A stretch of DNA of 35,049 nucleotides from a bacterium (lineage in GTDB: Bacteria; Patescibacteriota; Dojkabacteria; SC72): the NCBI GenBank assembly GCA_021463465.1, contig JAJTYH010000003.1:417942-452990 (forward strand). Direction: 5' to 3'. The position numbers and the translations under genes are program-made. The notes under the pieces are model-generated. The model did not search any database. It worked only from the letters and a program-made list of their open reading frames with translations, and was not told the DNA's origin. Shown here piece by piece: positions 1-7,853 of the stretch. Position 1 is the first letter of the stretch, and each line of letters opens with the position of its first letter.

Positions 1-750
1 TCTTTGGATTACATTTTGATGATGACCTACGATTACATAACAACTTCATGTTATGCGGGAAAGCGAATAACTCCTATGTCGCCTCTGTACGGTAATGACG
101 GATGGAATACCTCCACTCATCTGACCTTGGGTGCAAATCAGGCGGGTTCACAGAAGATTTTGATGGGTATACCGTATTACGGTATAGATTTCCAAGTTAA
201 AGGTGCGGACTCAAATGAGTACAACGCTCGAGTGGATTATCCAGATTGTAACGGAGCTATTGAAACATATGCTAGCATTGTAGACCCTAAGGAAGATGCA
301 TATCATAATCCTGCTTCCTTAAGATGGAACGGTTCCGAAAAAGCCAGGTGGTATAGGTATCAATATGAAGGGGAATGGAGGCATGGATATTACGATGATC
401 CGTTAAGTTTAAGTGCTAAATACGATTTTGTGCGTAGCAAGAACCTAGGTGGTATAGGAATATGGGTGATTGGATATGATAATAACGCCAAAGAACTGTA
501 TGATGTAATTCGTGAGAAATTCCAGATAGTACCGTTTTATGTAGCTTTTCAGTATGGTCTGAGCGATGTAAGGATTAATCAAATACTGAGTTCTAATGGT
601 GTAGAAATTGAGGGATCGCTTGGAAGTTATACCTATTTAGTAAAACCCTTGTCTCAGGTTTCTAGCAATATAATGAAAAACTTGAGAGTATATGATGAAG
701 TTGTAAACGTAACTTTTGAAGTAGATGGGTTTAGTAGGGGAATAAATTGA
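1..750 (+). CDS. Glycoside hydrolase family 18 (chitinase-like) protein, 5'-truncated by the window edge, with an extra C-terminal ~75-aa domain
   Basis: The frame is open to base 1; the track ORF 4..750 begins at an internal TTG. It carries motifs of the C-terminal half of GH18: YILMMTYDY, MGIPYYG, GGIGIWVIGYDNN. The catalytic DxxDxDxE motif would lie upstream of the window. Confidence 0.8.
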   Translation, partial: SLDYILMMTYDYITTSCYAGKRITPMSPLYGNDGWNTSTHLTLGANQAGSQKILMGIPYYGIDFQVKGADSNEYNARVDYPDCNGAIETYASIVDPKEDAYHNPASLRWNGSEKARWYRYQYEGEWRHGYYDDPLSLSAKYDFVRSKNLGGIGIWVIGYDNNAKELYDVIREKFQIVPFYVAFQYGLSDVRINQILSSNGVEIEGSLGSYTYLVKPLSQVSSNIMKNLRVYDEVVNVTFEVDGFSRGIN

Positions 751-760
751 TATTCATGTC

Positions 761-3700
761 ATGAATCGCATTATTACAAAAACATTATTGTTAGTATTAC
801 TCCTCCAACAACTGGTTGTGCCGTTCCAGGTTTTTGCTGACACAAATCATAATAATGAACTGAAAAAAAGACTTGAGCAGGTTGAACTGATAACGGAGGG
901 CAAGAAGGTTGATATTGATGAAACGGTTGAAATTTCGGATATGGCTTCGGATCGTTTTGTAGCATTTGTGAAAAGTAATAAGCTTGAGCAAAGCAAAAAG
1001 ATGGTTTCAGATTTAGGTGGAGTGTTTAGTTTCGAAGATGAAAATAGATATGGAAAGGTAAACGCCATACCCTTGGAGTTATCGCATATGAACTCAACTG
1101 AAAAAAAAGAGTTTTTAGAGACTTTAAATAAGAACGCATCTGTTATTGCTGTAGCGCCAGTTCAGAAACGCCAGTTATCTTCTGTTCCTGATTTTGACGA
1201 CCCCCTGTTCCCTGATGGAAACAGTTATGCAAATGACCGACAGTGGTTTTTATCTCAGCCATCGGGAAGTAATCTGGGGATTGATGCACTTAGAGCTTGG
1301 CAGCATATTGATAGCCTATCCAAGCCATACGGTGGTGATCCTAATTTATTAGTTGCAGTGATTGATACTGGAGCTGCATATGAATCGTACAGCAAGTATA
1401 ACCAATTTAGCCAAATGAGTAGCCCAGTGCCCTGGGTATTTGGTAAGGCGAGTGACTTTACCGACAACATATTTGTAAATACGGGTGAAATTGCTGGGAA
1501 TCAGTTAGATGATGATGGGTATTTTGACCCTGAGTTTTGTCTGGACATTAATGCCAATGGTGTGTGTGATACAGGAGAACTCTCCTCTGTTTTTGATGAT
1601 CTGAACGGCTTTAATGTAGTAGATTGGGGGCGGTATTGGTCTAGAGTGACATACTCGGAATTAATAAATTCACCAGTATGTAGTAATGCTCCGTATAGTA
1701 CGGATGGAGTAAGGTGTGTGAGTGAAACGGCAAACGACTCAGTCTGTAATATTACTGGTCAGACAAATGATATGTATCACGGTTGCTTTGAAAGCGATAT
1801 GGGCCATCCTAATGATTCACACGGTCACGGAACCTTTGTTTCAAATATTATCGCTTCAAAACCAAATAATAGTATTGGAGGTGTTGGTATTGCTTCAAAT
1901 ATAAAGTTATTGAACATAAAGATTTTCGGAGAACACTATAATTCTTTTAGGTCTAAATGGATGTATGATTCAGCTTTTGGAGATCAAATTGCAAGTGCTA
2001 TCAACTATGCTGTTGATATGGGAGCAAAGATAATCAATATGAGTTTTTCAGGAGACAGTGTGGATTTATATGAGAAAATGGCTATGGATAGAGCATACTA
2101 TGAATATGGTGTACTCTTAATTGCGGCCTCAGGGAATAGCGCGAGTTCCACGCCCTGGTATCCGGCTGGATATGATAGTGTTCTTTCAGTTGGCGCCTCG
2201 ACAAAAACTGGGACTCGAGTCTCCTATTCAAACTATGGTAATACATTGGGATTAGTTGCTCCTGTGGAAAACGGAATTATGACACAGGGCATGTGGGATA
2301 CCAATAGCAATAAATCGATTACAGCTGGATGTTCGTGGGACACCTCTCTGTCGTGCATGAATGTGGATCCATTGGGATCTCCTTCACCTTTTTTGACTAC
2401 CGCAAACCTTACCGGGAGTGGTACATCTTTTGCTGCCCCTCAAGTGACTGCTGTCGCAGCGCTCTTAAAGTCTGTTTACCCAAATTTGACTGCAAGGGAG
2501 ATGCGTTACATTCTAACTATGAGTAGCATGCCTTCGGGCAGTGCAGTGTACAGTAATTCAGTAGGCTACGGAGTACTCAGTGCGTATAACGCAGTTAGGA
2601 TTGTGGATTATCGTGGTAAGGACTTCGAAGGCATCTTTCGTATGTATCAGTCAATTGTTAGCTCTTCCGGAGCTCTTCAAACCCGCTACAGCGATACTCA
2701 TGGAGCTAGATGGTCATCCTGGATTAATGGTGGCAGTGTGACTGCTAAGGATAGTGTTAAAACCTTCAACTTAGCTTCTCCTAATGGTAGGACTGTGCAA
2801 GTTATGCGAGGTAGTAATAATGTGGTTTATACGCGTTACGCCAATGATTTTGGATACATCGGTGATAACGATGCTTCTTGGTCAGCTTGGACCTCGCTTG
2901 GTACATCCGCGATTTCATTAGCATCTACATTGGCCGGAGATAGGATCATAGTGAGCTGGAAAGGTCATGATAATAAGATATATACCCGAAATACCACTGA
3001 TGGTGTTAATTGGGGAAGCAGTTCTTTATCCTCAAAGACAGTACTGGGCGGAATCTCAATGATTTATGATCCAAATAGTAATGTAGTTGTACAAGCGATA
3101 AGGTCATCTGGATACTACGTTTATATTCGGAGAAGTATCGATAGAGGTCAAACATGGAGTTCATGGATTAAAAGTTTTGATTATGCAAACGGTGATCCTA
3201 GTCTGTACCAGGTAACAGATAAAATTGTTCGAGTTGTAAGAGGAAGCGGTAATGTTATTGTGACCAGATACACTATGGATGGTGGTCTTAATTGGTCTGC
3301 TGCTAATGTAACTACTGGTACTTCAGGTATGACGATTAGTACGGTATCCGTAATTGCTGTGCCAGAGGCAGGGATTCTTCTCCAATCATATAGGGGCATA
3401 AATAATAAGGTATATACAAGAAAATCAATGGATAATGGAGGAAGTTGGGGAGGGCCCAGTTATGTCAGTAATTTACTTGGTGGGGCGAAGGCTGCTTCAA
3501 GCCCATCTACTGTAAATGCAGGAGGCACTGTTGTCCAAGCTGTAAAAGGTAGTGATACATATCTATATTACAGAAGGAGTACAAACGGAGGAGTTACATG
3601 GGGAGGTTGGAGGAATAAAGGAAGTATCAAGATAGCTGGTAACATAAGCCTATGGTATCAGGATGACTTAGATAGGGTATTCATGATTGCAAGAGGGACT

Positions 3701-3826
3701 GATAATCAGATTCAAACAAGGTTTACAGATGATAAGGGTGGTAGTTGGAAAGCCTGGGTTAAAAGCGGTTCTACTAAGTCCGGGGTTAGTTCAAGCGCTG
3801 CCGAGATGGACGCATTTGCTTTGTAA
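761..3826 (+). CDS. Secreted S8 subtilisin-like serine peptidase fused to a C-terminal 8-repeat Asp-box (BNR-like) beta-propeller-type domain
   Basis: It has a signal peptide (MNRIITKTLLLVLLLQQLVVPFQVFA). The subtilase triad motifs are VAVIDTGA (D202), HGHGTFV (H356) and GTSFAAPQV (S556), plus AASGNS. Residues ~637-1021 form eight tandem 46-51 aa repeats with YTR-x-S/T-x-D/N-x-G-x-S/T-W, e.g. SIDRGQTW, SMDNGGSW, STNGGVTW. Confidence 0.9.
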   Translation: MNRIITKTLLLVLLLQQLVVPFQVFADTNHNNELKKRLEQVELITEGKKVDIDETVEISDMASDRFVAFVKSNKLEQSKKMVSDLGGVFSFEDENRYGKVNAIPLELSHMNSTEKKEFLETLNKNASVIAVAPVQKRQLSSVPDFDDPLFPDGNSYANDRQWFLSQPSGSNLGIDALRAWQHIDSLSKPYGGDPNLLVAVIDTGAAYESYSKYNQFSQMSSPVPWVFGKASDFTDNIFVNTGEIAGNQLDDDGYFDPEFCLDINANGVCDTGELSSVFDDLNGFNVVDWGRYWSRVTYSELINSPVCSNAPYSTDGVRCVSETANDSVCNITGQTNDMYHGCFESDMGHPNDSHGHGTFVSNIIASKPNNSIGGVGIASNIKLLNIKIFGEHYNSFRSKWMYDSAFGDQIASAINYAVDMGAKIINMSFSGDSVDLYEKMAMDRAYYEYGVLLIAASGNSASSTPWYPAGYDSVLSVGASTKTGTRVSYSNYGNTLGLVAPVENGIMTQGMWDTNSNKSITAGCSWDTSLSCMNVDPLGSPSPFLTTANLTGSGTSFAAPQVTAVAALLKSVYPNLTAREMRYILTMSSMPSGSAVYSNSVGYGVLSAYNAVRIVDYRGKDFEGIFRMYQSIVSSSGALQTRYSDTHGARWSSWINGGSVTAKDSVKTFNLASPNGRTVQVMRGSNNVVYTRYANDFGYIGDNDASWSAWTSLGTSAISLASTLAGDRIIVSWKGHDNKIYTRNTTDGVNWGSSSLSSKTVLGGISMIYDPNSNVVVQAIRSSGYYVYIRRSIDRGQTWSSWIKSFDYANGDPSLYQVTDKIVRVVRGSGNVIVTRYTMDGGLNWSAANVTTGTSGMTISTVSVIAVPEAGILLQSYRGINNKVYTRKSMDNGGSWGGPSYVSNLLGGAKAASSPSTVNAGGTVVQAVKGSDTYLYYRRSTNGGVTWGGWRNKGSIKIAGNISLWYQDDLDRVFMIARGTDNQIQTRFTDDKGGSWKAWVKSGSTKSGVSSSAAEMDAFAL

Positions 3827-3888
3827 TTGCATCAAGACTGCGATGAGTATATAATCCAGCGAATTATTCTTAGCCCGAGTCCGTCCAT

Positions 3889-5136
3889 ATGAAAACTTTT
3901 TTAAAAGGTAAGGATGTCATTCTTGTTGCATCTTCTAATTTTGAGTCTCACACCAAATCTAAGTTAAATGTTCATTTCATATCTGAGGAGTTTTCACGCA
4001 GAGGTACGAGAGTATTATTTGTGGAAAGTTTGGGAGTTAGAGACTTGCCAATATATGGCAAACACGACCTTTACAAGGTATTACAGCGACTCATTAACTT
4101 CGTAAAACTACTCTTGCTTGGTCCACGAAATGTGAGCGAAAATGTCTACGTTGTTTCCCTTATTAAGTTTCCTTTTGACCGCATTCGTTTTATCCGTAGA
4201 ATTAATCAATTTATCGTTTCATACTTTGTACGCATTTATGCTAAAAGGTGTTTGAGACCTAAGCCATTGTTGTGGATTTTTTTACCAAATCAGTGGCATT
4301 TAGCTAGGCGAATTCCTAATAGCGGAGTGATATATCACTGCGTGGATGATTACAGCTCGATACCGCTAGTAGATAAGAGTTATGCAGTATACTCTGAGAG
4401 GAAGATGGTAAGAATAGCCGATATTGTACTTGTCGTCTCAACTAAAAAGGCAAAAGAGTTTGCGGAGTTTACTGACGCCCCAATAGTTCATATGAATAAT
4501 GTTGCTAACTTTGCACAGTTTAATCGAGCAGTAACTGAAAAATTGGAACCTCCACATGATTTGGAAAAAGTGATGAAAATGGGACGACCAATAGTAGGGT
4601 ACGTTGGTAACTTAGCAGCTTATAAAGAGGACTTCGGGCTTTTTCACGATACAGCCAAAGAATGCCCTAACTATTCATTTGTCATTATCGGCGCAGTAGG
4701 CGAAGGTGAGTTTATTACTAACACTTTGCGCTTAAGAAGCCTACATAATGTGTACTTCTTAGGGCCTAAAGACTATGAGAGTCTTTACAAATATATTAAG
4801 TTTTTTGATATTGCTTTCATCCCGCGCAAGAAAGGAAAAGTAGGTGAAGGCGGTTTTCCAATGAAATATTTTGAGTTTTTGAGTGCAGGATTACCAACTG
4901 TAGTTACTGGAGTAGGGACTTTAAGTAAGTTTAGTAAGATACAGGAATTGGGAGGTGTTGCGATGTCCCCGATTCAATTTAAAAAGTTATTTGATTATTG
5001 GATTAAGTTAAAAAAAGAAGATCCTAAGGCTTATAAGTTTTCTATAGAAAAAAGGATAAAATTAGCAAAAATAAATAGTTGGGAGAAACGAATAGACCAA
5101 CTCAACGCTTTGGTTTTAAAAATAATCAAAGATTAG
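3889..5136 (+). CDS. Glycosyltransferase (GT-B fold, TuaH/GT4-like)
   Basis: 415 aa. Motifs are typical of TuaH-like GT1/GT4 enzymes: VIYHCVDDYS, VGYVGNL, and a C-terminal GGFPMKYFEFLSAGLP. The assignment rests on motif recall only. Confidence 0.65.
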   Translation: MKTFLKGKDVILVASSNFESHTKSKLNVHFISEEFSRRGTRVLFVESLGVRDLPIYGKHDLYKVLQRLINFVKLLLLGPRNVSENVYVVSLIKFPFDRIRFIRRINQFIVSYFVRIYAKRCLRPKPLLWIFLPNQWHLARRIPNSGVIYHCVDDYSSIPLVDKSYAVYSERKMVRIADIVLVVSTKKAKEFAEFTDAPIVHMNNVANFAQFNRAVTEKLEPPHDLEKVMKMGRPIVGYVGNLAAYKEDFGLFHDTAKECPNYSFVIIGAVGEGEFITNTLRLRSLHNVYFLGPKDYESLYKYIKFFDIAFIPRKKGKVGEGGFPMKYFEFLSAGLPTVVTGVGTLSKFSKIQELGGVAMSPIQFKKLFDYWIKLKKEDPKAYKFSIEKRIKLAKINSWEKRIDQLNALVLKIIKD

Positions 5137-5176
5137 GTCGCTACGCATACACATTACGATATGTTAATATCTTCCT

Positions 5177-5890
5177 ATGAAAATACTAACTGCTGTAGGA
5201 CTGCTAATAATAATGCTTTTGACTCCATATTATGCTTTTGCAGCTGCTCCTGAGTATTCAATTCGTCCAAGTAATGGAAAGGTACAGATTAATAAGAACT
5301 TTACTATAGATTTGTTAATTGATTCAAATAATAATGATGTGTCATATGCTAGGGCAACTTTAGAATTTGATCCTACAATTTTGCAGGTAGTGTCTGCTAA
5401 ACGCAATGCATCGCTTTTTTGTGATTACCCAGAGGCAGAGCAGTCAGTCGATAATACTGGAGGACTTTTAATGGTTACAGGATTTTGCCAGTCAGGTGTA
5501 GATGAACCGTATAGGACTAGTGGCAGTGCGGATGTATTTGCAAGGGTAGTATTTAAGGCAATATCTATCGGAGATGCGAAAATAAGTTGGAACTGGTCTG
5601 GTGAGGATGTTCCTTTTGAAAGTGTGATAATGAAAGACGGTAGTCCTCCTAGGAACCTATTAATAAGCAAGCCAGGAAATGTAACGTTTGATGTCGTGAG
5701 AAACCTTTCTTCAGGCTCCAATAATCCTCCTACCTCAGGAGAGACTCCTTCAACAGGTTTAGGTTTGAGTTTTGGATTGTTGGCAGGTGGATTTGTATTG
5801 GTATCCTTGGGTTTTGCGTATGTAAAATTGAGTGAGAGGCAGTTAAGGAGTAAGCTGAAGACGGTTGTGTTAAATGGAAAGCAGAAATGA
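5177..5890 (+). CDS. Cohesin-domain surface protein with signal peptide and C-terminal sorting-signal-like anchor
   Basis: It has an N-terminal signal peptide (…YYAFAAAP). The cohesin-like pattern is PSNGKVQINKNFTIDLLIDSNNNDVSYARATLEFDPTILQVVS. The C-terminus is TPSTG followed by a hydrophobic stretch (LGLSFGLLAGGFVLVSLGFAYV) and a basic tail (KLSERQLRSKLK). Confidence 0.75.
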   Translation: MKILTAVGLLIIMLLTPYYAFAAAPEYSIRPSNGKVQINKNFTIDLLIDSNNNDVSYARATLEFDPTILQVVSAKRNASLFCDYPEAEQSVDNTGGLLMVTGFCQSGVDEPYRTSGSADVFARVVFKAISIGDAKISWNWSGEDVPFESVIMKDGSPPRNLLISKPGNVTFDVVRNLSSGSNNPPTSGETPSTGLGLSFGLLAGGFVLVSLGFAYVKLSERQLRSKLKTVVLNGKQK

Positions 5891-7010
5891 TTCTCATAAA
5901 ATTGCCCTGGTAATCGATTGGTTGTTTCGGGTGAGAGGGGCAGAACGTGTACTGGATTCTCTTTTAGAGGTTTATCCTGGGAGTGATGTATTCGCTTTGT
6001 TTGGTGATACTAAGAATTTAGGAGAAATGAAGCAACTTAATCCTGAGAAAGTTAAATTCTCTTTTCTTCAAAAGTTCCCTTTTATTAAAAAATATTATCG
6101 TTATACTTACCCACTTTGGCCTCTAGCTATTGAAAGTTTTGATTTCAAAGGCTATGACTTAGTAATTTCGGTTTCATCCAGTGCCGCTAAAGGAGTTGTT
6201 ACACCTTTGGGTACCCCACATATCTCCTATTTGAACACTCCAATGCGTTATGCCTGGGATATGACCTTTGAATATTTTACTCCAAAGAATTTCTCTTGGT
6301 TCAAAAGGTTGTTGATACCTTTCTTCCTTAACTACTTGAGGATTTGGGATGTTGCGAGTACAGATAGAATTTCATATTTGGTTGCAAATTCCAACTTTAT
6401 TGCAGATAGGGTAATGAAATATTACAAGAGAAAAGTGGATACAGTGATTTATCCTCCTGTGGAACCTTTGGAAGGAAAAAAAGGAGGCAAGAAAGCTGAT
6501 TACTACCTATATTTTGGTGCCTTGGAACCAAATAAGGGAGTAAAGGAATGTGTGGAGGCAGCTGTGAAATACGGGTTTAAGCTGAAAGTGTGTGGGAATG
6601 GGTCTTTGGGCAATGGGTTAAGAAAACTTGCAAAAGGCAAATCAAATGTTCAGTTTATTGAAAATATTAAAGATAATGAGCGAAAAGGTTTAATGGCTGG
6701 AGCAAAAGCCTTACTTTTCCCAAGCGTGGAAGATTTTGGAATTGTTGCCATAGAGGCAATGAGTGTGGGGACACCGGTTTTGGGTTTGGATTTTGGGGGG
6801 ACAAGTGAAACGATTGTTCCGGGCGTAACTGGAGTTTTGATTAGGGAACAATCATCTGAGGCAATTTGGGAAGGTGTAAGGACTTTGGGAAAAATACGAT
6901 TTGATAAAGATGAAATGATCAAGCATGTAAGGCAGTTATCGAAAAAGAAGTTTCAGAGTAGTATGAAGAAGGTTATTGAAGGTTTTCTTGAACGTAAAGA
7001 GGCTTTTTGA
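5874..7010 (+). CDS. Glycosyltransferase family 4 (GT-B)
   Basis: The N-terminus is KIALVIDWL and the EX7E-region motif is EDFGIVAIEAMSVGTPVLG. It overlaps the upstream gene by 17 nt. Confidence 0.85.
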   Translation: MESRNDSHKIALVIDWLFRVRGAERVLDSLLEVYPGSDVFALFGDTKNLGEMKQLNPEKVKFSFLQKFPFIKKYYRYTYPLWPLAIESFDFKGYDLVISVSSSAAKGVVTPLGTPHISYLNTPMRYAWDMTFEYFTPKNFSWFKRLLIPFFLNYLRIWDVASTDRISYLVANSNFIADRVMKYYKRKVDTVIYPPVEPLEGKKGGKKADYYLYFGALEPNKGVKECVEAAVKYGFKLKVCGNGSLGNGLRKLAKGKSNVQFIENIKDNERKGLMAGAKALLFPSVEDFGIVAIEAMSVGTPVLGLDFGGTSETIVPGVTGVLIREQSSEAIWEGVRTLGKIRFDKDEMIKHVRQLSKKKFQSSMKKVIEGFLERKEAF

Positions 7011-7016
7011 TATCAT
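6988..7016 (+). promoter_or_regulatory. Putative sigma70-type promoter for the tRNA-Phe/tRNA-Gly pair
   Basis: TTGAAC (6988-6993), a 17-nt spacer, then TATCAT (7011-7016). This lies 12 nt upstream of the tRNA-Phe 5' end. Confidence 0.35.
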
Positions 7017-7028
7017 TCCTTTTGATAT

Positions 7029-7101
7029 GCCGAGATAGCTCAGTTGGTAGAGCATTTGTCTGAAGAACAAAGGGTCCCCAGTTCGAGCCTGGGTCTCGGC
7101 A
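7029..7101 (+). tRNA. tRNA-Phe(GAA): tRNA-Phe (anticodon GAA)
   Basis: The cloverleaf was folded by eye. Acceptor is GCCGAGA/TCTCGGC, anticodon stem TTTGT/ACAAA with loop CTGAAGA, and T arm CCCAG-TTCGAGC-CTGGG. Confidence 0.93.
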
Positions 7102-7106
7102 TATTT

Positions 7107-7183
7107 GCGGGAGTAGTTCAGTTGGCTAGAACGACACATTGCCAATGTGTAGGTCGCGGGTTCGAACCCCGTCTCCCGCTCCA
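7107..7183 (+). tRNA. tRNA-Gly(GCC): tRNA-Gly (anticodon GCC), CCA encoded
   Basis: Acceptor is GCGGGAG/CTCCCGC, anticodon stem ACACA/TGTGT with loop TTGCCAA, and T arm GCGGG-TTCGAAC-CCCGT. Discriminator T is followed by CCA. Confidence 0.93.
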
Positions 7184-7205
7184 ATCTCCGAACTAGTTGC
7201 ATAAT

Positions 7206-7403
7206 ATGAATATACCTATTCCTAAGACAAGTTCACCGGCACAAAGAGCTTTTGATGAAGTTGGGATTTAATATCTGGAGGATTTTTGTAAGTTCACAAT
7301 TAAGGAACTTTTGGTACTTCATGGAGTTGGTCCTAAGGCTATACGTATACTAAATGCCGAGCTTAAGAAATATGGCTTGGATTTCAAGAAAGCGAAATCT
7401 TAG
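7206..7403 (+). pseudogene. Small helix-hairpin-helix (RpoA-CTD-like) DNA-binding protein gene interrupted by an in-frame TAA
   Basis: ATG at 7206 reads MNIPIPKTSSPAQRAFDEVGI, then TAA (7269-7271). The same frame continues YLEDFCKFTIKELLVLHGVGPKAIRILNAELKKYGLDFKKAKS to TAG at 7401-7403. Both halves together match the usual ~65-aa HhH protein pattern (…GI.xLEDL…ELL.LHGVGPKA…). Confidence 0.6.
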
Positions 7404-7798
7404 AGCCTCTCTAAAACACCTCTTCTCTTAACGATGTTTTTGTAATCCCACTGTATTTCTGCAGCCTTTTTAAGCCATCGCTTTAAATCTTCTTTACTTA
7501 TCTGATCAGCAGACGTATATCTTATCTCCGCAGCTTTGAAACTACCTTCTTTTTGTAACCCCCCTTCTTCAAAAGATTGTCCACTCCAAAATAGAAGCCT
7601 CACAGAATCTTTTAGCTTGTCGTATCCAACAATAGGGTTGCCTTCTAAAAACCATACGGGATGAGCATGCCAAACTTTGTTCTCGGAATTAGGTAAATTT
7701 TCAGAAATTTCCTTGTATAGAGTTTCACAAATCTTCTTATCTTCTACAGCCTGCCTATCATTATATGCTTTTACATATTTGTTCATTTTTGATTTCAT
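7400..7798 (-). CDS. DUF1801 (YdhG-like) domain protein
   Basis: 132 aa. The pattern is typical of the DUF1801 family: …VWHAHPVWFLEGNPIVGY…LLFWSGQSF…. Confidence 0.7.
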   Translation of the reverse strand: MKSKMNKYVKAYNDRQAVEDKKICETLYKEISENLPNSENKVWHAHPVWFLEGNPIVGYDKLKDSVRLLFWSGQSFEEGGLQKEGSFKAAEIRYTSADQISKEDLKRWLKKAAEIQWDYKNIVKRRGVLERL

Positions 7799-7853
7799 CT
7801 AAACCTTATTCCCTATGATACAATAATTTAAGCACAAAAGCTTTGATTTAACC

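Noticed and set aside
1490-1640. Dockerin-like calcium-loop sequences in the S8 protease (LDDDGYFDPEF…DINANGVCDTGEL), which might partner the nearby cohesin protein.
   Set aside because: The GEIAGN..DDDG…D..G.N..DW insert between the catalytic Asp and His is a common subtilase feature. It sits inside the catalytic domain, not as a terminal duplicated 22-mer dockerin.
6936-7202. Track ORFs overlapping tRNA genes: 6936-7202 minus, 21372-21578 plus, 27194-27391 plus, and the 5' part of 21624-21917 minus.
   Set aside because: They read through well-folded tRNA genes. They are explained by the tRNAs. The last one was trimmed to an internal ATG at 21854.
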